64,000 bases of DNA from Mytilus californianus. Lineage: Eukaryota. A program made the translations under genes and the position numbers. A model generated the notes under the pieces. That model saw only the letters and a list, made by a program, of their open reading frames with translations, was not told where the DNA came from and did not search any database. The stretch is from positions 90,396,001-90,460,000 of the forward strand of contig NW_026262679.1 of assembly GCF_021869535.1 (NCBI RefSeq), written 5' to 3'. The number at the start of each line of letters is the position of its first letter. Position 1 is the first letter of the stretch. Of this stretch, positions 37,501 to 49,500 are shown piece after piece.

Positions 37501-40500
37501 CAAATGTCATCAAAAATTAAACCAAAATTATTGAAATATACTGTGTAAAATTGTAAATCTTCATGTTTTTTTTAACTTACTGTTTCCGTGTGAGTAAATC
37601 ATCAATATAATTTTGCCTTTCAATTGGATGACCTCTGGCTTGTTTGAAAGCTGCAAAAAAAAAAAGCAAAATATTGTTGTATTTCTATTTTCTACATATT
37701 TAAAACCTGTCTATCAAGTCAATTGATGTACTTGTTTAGACTTGGGATGATTTAGTGCTAGCCATATGGAATAAATTCATGTCTATTGATGATACTATAG
37801 ATCAACCTCTTCATGTCTTTTATGGTTTTATTGTTTAAGGACTGTTGCAAGAATGTTGACCTTTGTGCTTTTATTGTTTTTTGACTATTTTCTTTTGTGG
37901 TTTATTGTTTTATGATGGTTGTCTTTTTGGTTTTATTGTTTTAAGGTTGTTGTCATTTAGAGTTTTATTGTTGTCTTTTACAGTTTTATTGTTGTCTTTT
38001 GTGGTTTTATTGTTGTCTTTTGCGGTTTTATTTTTATTTTTTTGTCTTTTGCAGTTATATTGTTTTAGGATTGTTGTCTCAGTGCAATATAACCCACATT
38101 TCATTTGTACTTTATCAAAGTGAGCTATGCATGTTTTCAGATATGGCTGTTTGTCAGGATCAACTGTATTAAAAAAAAGAATGATCTAACTACAAAAAAA
38201 TATATACATATAGGATGATTCTTTCTTTATCAATTAGATTTCGATCAATATGAGGTTGTTTCAACATGAAAAAAGAAGAAAAGTGTATTGATTATCAAAA
38301 ATTGTATTTATCTTTGCCAATACTTTTAAATTTATAGTTACTGAAATGTTTTCCTTCTACATTTAAATGTAAGGTATCAAAGACTACTTATTTTATGTGT
38401 TGCTTAAAAAAAGAACACAATATTTCAAAAATGTTTTACAACACAATGACTTGAGTGTGTAGGTAAAGGTATTATCTTTGGTAAGCTTGCTTGCTAGCTG
38501 AACCATGAAATCATTATTAGTTTAGGTACCACCTTCCTTTGGGCGGAGTCAATTATTATGGTTAGGTAGAGAACCAATCAAAAGTAAGGACAGTGAATAA
38601 ACATTGTGAAACAAGTTTAGAAATATGTTTTCAATCTAAATTTAAAATATACCGGTAGTGCCAATTATAAACTAATTCAGTAGCATGCTGTACATGTAGG
38701 TGTGTTTGATCTGTCAATTTAATTTTAATCAAAACAATACAATACCATTATTACAATAGAATGGTGATAGGAATATCTCAAAGATTTGACCCGACTAAAT
38801 TTATTGTTACACCTTCAGTAGCAACCCCTCCTTAAAAAAATCAACGACAAAAAACATACACATTAAAATCAAAGATAATGATATCCTTATTTTATATATA
38901 AACATATATAATAAGGATTTGAAAGTTTTTTTTTTAAATCGATGTAATCATAACATTCTATAAAATTACACATGTAAACAATTAGTTATAAATGAACAGA
39001 GGTAATTGATTAAAATGAAATAGACAAATCAAACACACCCATATTTTTGAACTAACTTGTAAAACTGGTTTCACAATATTTATATTCTGTTCCTTCTTTT
39101 GATTCCCCGCTTAACTATTGACTCCGCCCAAAAGAAGGTTGTACCTTAGCTAATAATGATTTCATGGTTCAGATAGCAAGCATGCTAACCAAAGATACTA
39201 CCTTTACCTACACACTCAAGTCCATGTACTGTAAATTATTTATTTTTTGAGTGTTTATTATCTTAAATCAATTACCATCCATAGCCTCGGTAGGATCAAT
39301 GCCTAATCTTTCAACCATGTACCTAAAATAAAAATAAAATTAACAGTAGACTGAAAAAGTTATAAATTGTTCTAAAGCATCATATGCCTCATCAATTACA
39401 AAGAAGTTTGGATAATCAGAAATCCTTTCAATGTGAAGCAAGATAAATTGCTGTCTACTTCACCTTATCAGGAACTTTCTTCAAATCAGTTACATAAAGA
39501 TTTATTGAATTCTAAAGAATATATATTCAAACCTGTCCTAACAGTCATCTCTTGTCAGTGGCCACCTTTCTGTAAGATCGTTTTGACCAATGGCCATGAT
39601 TTATATATTTAAACTTGTTTAAGTGGTCACTTCTCTAATGAGGTAAGCCGTCACCTATTTTCATACAAAATCCCCATTCCCACTCCTAATAGCAGCCATT
39701 TTGAACAGTCATGAAATCATGTTGTATCTTAAGTATGCCATATTACATGATGGAATATATTTTCATGTGTTTATATATATAGGGGTTAAATGATAAAAAA
39801 CATAAAGAAATCCAAAATCAATTAGATATTTATCAATGATTCTCGTTGAGAGATGAATATGCCTCATAGCCCATGATTTCTGACTGTGCCAATTCCATGC
39901 ATCCCTTAATCACTTTATTACTTCATTTCCTGTCATTATAGAGGTTAGACATTATCAGTGAAGTATCCAGATAACATACTTATATTTGTATTGGAAATCG
40001 ACTTTGGATTTCATTAATATTCGACATAATGCAATCAAACATGATGAGAAGTTTTATATCACATACTTTAAGCAATGCCAGAAAAATTAGAATTCAGTTT
40101 TATTTAGTTTTCTTATTTGGATAAATTTCCTCAACCAAAAATGAATTCCTATTGATGGTGTAAAAATAAACTGGATTATCTTAATCTATTGTGTACTATT
40201 CTTACCTACAAACAATGTAACCAGTCCTGTTTACTCCATGTGTACAATGTACACCTATTACCATTTCTAAAAAAAATTAATAAACTGCATAATGAAGTTT
40301 CAAGGCATAGATGCTTAGCGTTAAAAATGATTTACTACTTGAACAGAAATATTATTTTACATTTAAAAAAAAATTATGACATGAAATCAAAGAATACACG
40401 GAAAATTGTCAGTATACTGTTGCCTATGCAGTCCATGTCTGTCTCATATCTATAGTGGGGTCACATGCACATGCCAATCTTTGGAGCTTGTGTTGATGGT

Positions 40501-43500
40501 AAATTTGAAGTACAATCTAAAACTAGAGGCTCTCTAGAGCCTGTGTCGCTCACCTGACTCTACTTTGGTTTTAGAAATCATGTAAAGATAGATAAAAATC
40601 ATAACAGATACCCAAATAATGATTGAGGCCAAATTTTGATTAATATTGGTCCCTTTATTTAATAAAATATCCTGGTGGCCATCTTGAACAGTAAATCGGC
40701 AACAAAGTAGAGACACTTGGTCACCTCTTCATAAGGAACATTCATGCCATGTTTGGTTTCATTCCATTCAGTGGTACTCTAAAAGAAGACATTTGTATGT
40801 ATTTCCCATAGGGTCCTATGTTAAAAAAAGCCCCCCGCAGGCGGCCGTCTTGGATGATGGATCGGCTACAAAGTAACAACACTTGGTCAGCATCTCATAA
40901 GGAAGATTCATGCCATGTTTGGTTTCATTCCATTCAGTGGTTCTCTAAAAGAAGACATTTGTATGTATTTCCCATAGGTCCTTTGTTAAACTAAGTCCCC
41001 TGCTGGCGGCCATCTTGGATGATGGACCGACTGCAAAGTAACAACACTTGGTCAGCACCTCATAAGGAACATTCATGCCATGTTTGGTTTCATTCCATTC
41101 AGTGGTTCTCTAAAAGAAGACATTTGTATGTATTTCCCATAGGGTCCTATGTTAAACTAAGTCCCCCGCTGGCGGCCATCTTGGATGATGGATCGGCTAC
41201 AAAGTAACAACACTTGGTCAGAACCTCATAAGGAACATTCATGCCATGTTTGGTTTCATTCCATTCAGTGGTTCTCTAAAAGAAGACATTTGTATGTATT
41301 TTCCATAGGGTCCTATGTTAAACTAAGTCCCCCGCTTGCGGCCATCTTGGATGATGGATCGGCTACAAAGTAACAACACTTGGTCAGCATCTCATAAGGA
41401 ACATTCATGCCATGTTTGGTTCCATTCCATTCAGTGGTTCTCTAAAAGAAGACATTTTTATGTATTTCCCATAGGGTCCTATGTTAAACTAAGTCCCCCG
41501 CTGGCGGCCATCTTGGATGATGGATCGGCTACAAAGTAACAACACTTGGTCAGCACCTCATAAGGAACATTCATGCCATGTTTGGTTTCATTCCATTCAG
41601 TGGTTCTCTAAAAGAAGTCATTTGTATGCATTTCCCATAGGGTCCTATGTTAAACTAAGTCCCCGCTGGCGGCCATCTTGGATGATGGATCGGCTACAAA
41701 ATAACAACACTTGGTCAGCACCTCATAAGGAAGATTCATGCCATGTTTGGTTTCATTCCATTCAGTGGTTCTCTAAAAGAAGACATTTGTATGTATTTCC
41801 CATAGGGTCCTATGTTAAACTAAGTCCCCCGCTGGCGGCCATCTTGGATGATGGACCGACTGCAAAGTAACAACACTTGGTCAGCATCTCATAAGGAACA
41901 TTCATGCCATGTTTGGTTCCATTCCATTCAGTGGTTCTCTAAAAGAAGACATTTTTATGTATTTCCCATAGGGTCCTATGTTAAACTAAGTCCCCCGCTG
42001 GCGGCCATCTTGGATGATGGATCAGCTACAAAGTAACAACACTTGGTCAGCACCTCATAAGGAACATTCATGCCATGTTTGGTTTCATTCCATTCAGTGG
42101 TTCTCTAAAAGAAGTCATTTGTATGCATTTCCCATAGGGTCCTATGTTAAACTAAGTCCCCCGCTGGCGGCCATCTTGGATGATGGATCAGCTACAAAGT
42201 AACAACACTTGGTGAGCACCTCATAAGGAACATTCATGCCATGTTTGGTTTCATTCCATTCAGTGGTTCTCTAAAAGAAGACATTTGTATGTATTTCCCA
42301 TAGGGTCCTATGTTAAACTAAGTCTCCCGCTGGCGGCCATCTTGGATGATGGACCGACTGCAAAGTAACAACACTTGGTCAGCATCTCATAAGAAACATT
42401 CATGCCATGTTTGGTTCCATTCCATTCAGTGGTTCTCTAAAAGAAGACATTTGTATGTATTTCCCATAGGGTCCTATGTTAAACTAAGTCCCCTGCTGGC
42501 GGCCATCTTGGATGATGGATCGGCTACAAAGTAACAACACTTGGTCAGTACCTCATAAGGAACATTCATGCCATGTTTGGTTTCATTCCATTCAGTGGTT
42601 CTCTAAAAGAAGTCATTTGTATGCATTTCCCATAGGGTCCTATGTTAAACTACCGTAAGTCCCCCGCTGGCGGCCATCTTGGATGATGGATTGGCTACAA
42701 AGTAACAACACTTGGTGAGCACCTCATAAGGAACATTCATGCCATGTTTGGTTTCATTCCATTCAGTGGTTCTCTAAAAGAAGACATTTGTATGTATTTC
42801 CCATAGGGTCCTATGTTAAATTAAGTCCCCCGCTGGCGGCCATTTTGGATGATGGACCGACTGCAAAGTAACAACACTTGGTCAGCATCTCATAAGGAAC
42901 ATTCATGCCATGTTTGGTTCCATTCCATTCAGTGGTTCTCTAAAAGAAGACATTTTTATGTATTTCCCATAGGGTCCTATGTTAAACTAAGTCCCCCGCT
43001 GGCGGCCATCTTGGATGATGGATCGGCTACAAAGTAACAACACTTGGTCAGCACCTCATAAGGAACATTCATGCCATGTTTGGTTTCATTCCATTCAGTG
43101 GTTCTCTAAAAGAAGTCATTTGTATGCATTTCCCATAGGGTCCTATGTTAAACTAAGTCCCCCGCTGGCGGCCATCTTGGATGATGGATCGGCTACAAAG
43201 TAACAACACTTAGTCAGCACCTCATAAGGAACATTCATGTCATGTTTGGTTTCATTCCATTCAGTGGTTCTCTAAAAGAAGACATTTGTATGTATTTCCC
43301 ATAGGGTCCTATGTTAAACTAAGTCCCCCGCTGGCGGCCATCTTGGATGATGGACCGACTGCAAAGTAACAACACTTGGTCAGCATCTCATAAGAAACAT
43401 TCATGCCATGTTTGGTTCCATTCCATTCAGTGGTTCTCTAAAAGAAGACATTTGTATGTATTTCCCATAGGGTCCTATGTTAAACTAAGTCCCCCGCTGG

Positions 43501-46500
43501 CGGCCATCTTGGATGATGGATCGGCTACAAAGTAACAACACTTGGTCAGCACCTCATAAGGAACATTCATGCCATGTTTGGTTTCATTCCATTCAGTGGT
43601 TCTCTAAAAGAAGTCATTTGTATGCATTTCCCATAGGGTCCTATGTTAAACTAAGTCCCCCGCTGGCGGCCATCTTGGATGATGGATCGGCTACAAAGTA
43701 ACAACACTTGGTGAGCACCTCGTAAGGAACATTCATGCCATGTTTGGTTTCATTCCATTCAGTGGTTCTCTAAAAGAAGTCATTTGTATGCATTTCCCAT
43801 AGGGTCCTATGTTAAACTAAGTCCCCCGCTGGCGGCCATCTTGGATGATGGATCGGCTACAAAGTAACAACACTTGGTCAGCACCTCATAAGGAACATTC
43901 ATGCCATGTTTGGTTTCATTCCATTCAGTGGTTCTCTAGAAGAAGTTCAAAATGTAAAAAGTTAACGCCGACAACGGACGACGACGGACGACGCCGGACG
44001 ACGACGGACGCCAAGTGATGAGAAAAGCTCACTTGGCCCTTCGGGCCAGGTGAGCTAAAAAGGCATGAAATGTTGATACTTTACGACGATTCCAAGCAGT
44101 TTATTATTTCTTTTAGAAATTCTGATTGCAGTATGTTATAAATGAAATTTGAGAGTTCAAGTCAATTTGGTGGACATGAATCTGGAATGATGTATGTTCA
44201 ATGTTGTAATACCGAATAAATCATAAACAGCAAAAATTTCAGTCATCACAATGTGATTCAGCCTAAATGTGAAAGTGGTGTCATCCTATGTAAATGGACG
44301 GCCATTTGATATTTGGGTGATTTTTTTGTGAAATGTCTTTTCATTTTCATCTGTTGCTACACATGCTTAGTTTCCGCAGCTTTGCAGCAAAAAAAAAATA
44401 TTTTCACTTTTGTACACAACTGTTTTACAGATATTCATTTTTATTCTGTCTTGTGCAAAGTGATTCATTCTCATCTCTAACCAGCTATTCAGATAATCAT
44501 TTTCAAAATACTCTCACCCACACCCCCTCCACCTTTTGATTTTACCATGGGTAGGCTCTATATATTATTTTATATACTTGTCCATGCCTACATTTTTAAA
44601 TTTCCATTAAACCACAACCTGGCTTAAACCATTTCTTATTTAATGCTGCATTCATTCAGCTGCATTTTTTTTATATTCATTTGTACCTCTTTGCCTATAC
44701 TTCAATTGACTATAAACATTTTTCAACAAATATATCATTCATTATACACTATATCTTACCTTCCTTTTTATTCCTCTTGATGAATTTCTCAACAACGTCG
44801 AAAAATCTAAAATGAAAACCATGACAGAGAAATTAATCATAAATTGAGTCTATTTATAGTTGCTGGGAATTTTCAAATACTGACCTCAAATTCTAAAGAG
44901 GCCCTTCTCTTAGAAACATCATCAAACAATTTGGGTAAGGATAAGATTTAAGATTCAAAACAAAAACCAAACTTTCCACAAAATATGGCCTATTTCAAGC
45001 TGTCTTAGCGTTAACTTTTTATCTAGTGACCTAGTTTATGTGGGGTCTCAATCTCACAAAAAACCGTTGTCAACTATTATTTGGTAAAATCTAATTCACA
45101 GTTCAAAAGATTATGCAGAGACACAAAGCACCAGATAAGAATTCACAAATTAAGGATATAACCATGGGGTGGTTTAATGACTGAGACCACATTCAATTTA
45201 AATGATCCTGCAACATCAAATAAATAAATGACAATGTTATACTACACTTGCCAATAACTATCTATAGTTGTCTTATTGGCATAAGAACAATTAGATTGAA
45301 AGCAAAGAAAGTGGCAAGCTACATTAACGTCAAAACGAATGTGAAAAGGTGTGTTCACTCATCAACAGAAATGAAAAAAAAAAACTCTTTTAAAACTAAA
45401 ATAATACTTGAATGTTAATGTTTAATTTTATTTACATAAATCTGGTCGTTAGTTGTCCCTTATTAGAACTTTTGGTTTCCAATGCTTTTCAGCTACATAA
45501 TTGATTTGGCCTTTCACTGTTCCAACTGATTTAATTCACGCACCACTGATTAGTCATATGGAGACAAAACCCGTGTTTGTCGTACTAACAATGTTCTCGT
45601 TAAGGCACGTATATACTCGCCCTGGACACATGGTTTTCTGTCTGGACGTGCCATTGCATGAACACGTGTGTCAGAGGAACGCTTCCTGATAACACTAGTT
45701 GAGTCTTCTTATCATCATAATTATCCCTCAGCTATCAAAAAGCTACGCTAATTGGATAAATGCAGAGAAGATCGAAATCTGTTTATATCAGCACGTTTAC
45801 CTTTTTGAGCAACGAACAATTCCAACAGGCACCCAGATCAACTATTTGCTGTAACGCTCTATTTATAGAACCAAAGGAGATTACCATTTATAAATATTAC
45901 AAAAATAGATTTTATAGATAAGGGTAAATAACGCACACGATAACGACTAGAAGGGTTGAGAACGCATGGTTTTGACATATAATTGGGTTTTCCTTTGCAT
46001 GCATTGGGTTTTTGAACGCTGCAATTGTCAATTGCATTGGGTTTTCAATTGTTTTTATTGCGAGATCACGCAAATACCCAGCTTATCTGGAGCTCTGGAC
46101 TCAGACAAATGTTGACATCCAGATGTCTGAAAAGCCACATCATCATCATAGTACGAGTTATTCTTTACTTATTGGCTTAAAAGTTAAAATATGCAGTTGT
46201 TGTTCCGTACTCAACTCTATCAAATAATTTTTTATTGATACTTTAGTCGAGGAGAACATGATTATTTTGTAATAAATTGCTTTCAACTAATTTTTAGTAA
46301 CTATGAGTACTCTTACATCTGATCTTTGTGTTTTTGTATTTATGTTAAGTTGTTATTGTTACTTCGTGCCAATCTGATGGATCAAGACATTTCCAACTGT
46401 ATTTTTAGTTTCTTTTAATGTTGTGCTGTTACACCATGTCCCAGGTTAGCGGAGTGGTGAGCACTCACCAACATGTTTAACCCCATCAAATTCATGCTGA

Positions 46501-49500
46501 TTCAGTAGTTGTAATTGCTTGCTGTCTGTCACATTTTGTTTATCATTTATTGTTTTTTCATAAATCAAGCCCTTTGTTTTCTGATTTGAATTGTTTCACA
46601 TTTTCTCATTTCTTGGCCTTTTTGCTCATTGTTGAAGGATGTACGGTGACCTATAGTTTCTCACATTTACATCATTTGTACTCTGGTGGACAGTTGTCTC
46701 ACTGGCAAATTTACCACATCTTAATTTTATAAGTAACAAGACATACACCTAAATTTACCTGTAAACAACAGCATCTGTTGGTACAACATGTCCATAAGTA
46801 TAAATCTTCTCATGTTCAACATTTTTTCTACAAAATTCCTGCAAAATTCAAAATTCTTAAAAATAGATTCTCAGTAAAATGTTTTCTCTAGGTGACCATT
46901 GAGACATGAAATATTTGACTCCTGACCTACCAGGTTTGTATTTCATAATCTAGGTTGTTCAAAATGTCAACTATCCATTTGAAGGATGATATATTCAAAC
47001 TTACAACTGAATTATAAATTTTTCAATGTAAAGTTGGACACGAACAAAGGTAACTCAAAACTGGAAGTGGGTTTGAAGAAAATTTTGTTCTTTTCTTTCT
47101 GACCTTTTTCAAATACCATGGGGTCCAACAAACTTGGTATTGAATAGACATGGCCTAAACATTTATATTAATATATGAATATGTTTTAACTGTCTGCTTT
47201 ATGTTTGGAAAAAATTATTAGAAATGAATTACTTTTTAGCCATATTTTGAATTATCTTCATATTTTTTAATAACATGTATTTTCTTCCTCGTTAATGTAT
47301 TAACGACATACTAGGTACATGTATTCAGTAACTGACAAAATCTTTATAAATCTGGATGATGAACAAAGCATATTTGAGCAAGTTATAGAATTCTGCACAA
47401 TGTTTGTCTTGGACAGAAACGCAAATACAAGTATTTGTTTTAAACAATAGCTGTGAAGTTTGGTCATTTTAAGATTTGAGAATAGGGAGAACCAATAACA
47501 CAATAGATATGTGATAAGCCAATGATTACTTCAAGGCAGAGATGACAAAATTCACAAACTGTAAATTGGGGTGATTTAGAGCTTGATTCCTGGGACTAAA
47601 CAATTGTCTTCCTGACACTGGAGACTATATATGAGGGGGTTATGTAGGTGTGCTCATTTCCCAAATCCTGTCAAAAAAAAGACCACACTTCCCACTTTTT
47701 TAACCCCCTATATCCCATTCCCACATCCCCACATTGTTATACCCCATTTACCCACATCACTGTTACCATCCCCTATATCCCACATCCCCACATTGTTATA
47801 CCCCATTTATCCACATCACTTTTATCATCCCCTATATCCCACATCACTTTTATCATCCCCTATATCCCACATCCCTAAAGCATGTCATCCTCTCATATAT
47901 AAGCCTCTTTATGTCTTAATCATTTGTAATGTTGTTACGTGATGTCTCTCTGAAGTTTACATCACATCTCCTTTTGTTGATTAAATTACTTACTCCTTTG
48001 TGATAGTATTTATCAGTATATGTTATATCTATAACTAGTCCTAATTCTTTTCCTTTGTCTTTTAATTTCTCTATCACATCATCAGGACCAAACCTAAATA
48101 TACAGATATATCAAAATTAAAATATGATACAATTAAAAATCAATTCATTATAAGTACTCAGTTAGGTAAATCTCTAATGATTGGACGGTGCGAAAGTATA
48201 GGATTTCAATATATCTTGAAATGCAATATATTTGCCCTTTTCCATTTATGTGATTATACATTGTAAATGAGTGTGTGACTTGTGTCTATTGTTATGATTT
48301 AAAAGCTTTTCAATCATTTATATATCGAAAGTAAAATATTTTAGAGTGAATTTGCTATACAACTGTACAGTTTCTATGTTACATAGTTATTGTATTTGAC
48401 TTCTATGCATGTTAATGTATTACAGTTACTTTCATCTTACTGTATTGAAGCTACATAAATCTTACAACGTAAGTCACCTTCATTTTTTTGCACAGACCAT
48501 GTAATTCCACTACACTATATTGACAACATTATCTAGGTGTATTGGACTAGTCTGCATGTTAACCTAGTTTTACTGTGTTAAACCTGACCGACTCAAATCT
48601 TAATTTATTGAAATTAACTTATCTGAATGGTTGGAGAGGGGTCTTTAGTTCACATTTCCCTCCCCTAACTCCTGCTTCCTATCCCATAATCCCAATTCCC
48701 TCCCCCTGACCATGCTGACTCTCAGATGAAAATGGGTCAAGAAACTTTCCCAGCATATCCCTAATTTCAACTCCCCCTTCTCACAATTCCTTCCCCCTTT
48801 TCCAACCCTTCCTTCCTCCTGACTCCCTCTTCTGATCCCCTCACTTCAATGGTCCCTTATCCCTGTCCAACCCATCTTATCTACTTGTAATAAACATTAC
48901 CACCAGCTATCTGCAATGGACTTACCTTTCATTCTCATGAACAGTCGAAAGTAATTCCTGAAATGGGTTTGGGAAAATAATTATAGCATACATTTGATTA
49001 CAGCAGATTTTCAATGCCCTAAATAGTTCACATCTAATGATACCTAGATGAATTGGATATTTAAAACAAATCATAAAAATATTTTGTTTGATTCAGTTTT
49101 TTTTTTTAATTTCTTTATAAATTCAGAAACTTCAATTATAATTTTCATGATCAATTTCAAAGTTAATTTATATAAAAAAAACAGGTTTCACAAAGTTTCT
49201 GTGCACTTTTTGTTTTTGTATTCATTGTATATTCATTAATGTGCCCTTTTCAGTTCCAACTAAGTGAAATTAAAAGGGGGAGGGTTGAGATCTAAAAAAT
49301 TACTTATCTAATCCTGCCCCATGTTCATGTGCCTATCTCAAGTTAGTCACCCTGTCAGCAGTTACTTATTGTTATACACGTATCTTCATGTTTTTATTCA
49401 AGTTTTGATTGGAAATACTTAATAGTCTCTGTCTAATTTGAATCACATTTTTTTTAAAACTCTGGTGGATTTAGAGCTTGACATATAGTATAAACACCTG

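Noticed and set aside
37863-38123. Hydrophobic and KDNNK-repeat ORFs
   Set aside because: They are translations of a 21-bp minisatellite. The same applies to the H/P-rich ORFs at 47631-47942.
41019-43701. Series of near-identical 62-aa ORFs (MMDRLQSNNTWS...)
   Set aside because: They are a by-product of the 166-bp period (not divisible by 3, with overlapping frames), have no protein-family motif, and lie antisense within a DUSP11 intron.
40714-43945. CRISPR-like regular repeat array
   Set aside because: There are no unique spacers and no cas genes. The whole monomer is repeated, in a eukaryotic context.
45420-46260. CpG-enriched intronic patch
   Set aside because: No TIRs, ORF homology or RNA-gene signature could be identified by eye. 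It may be an unrecognised TE or enhancer.
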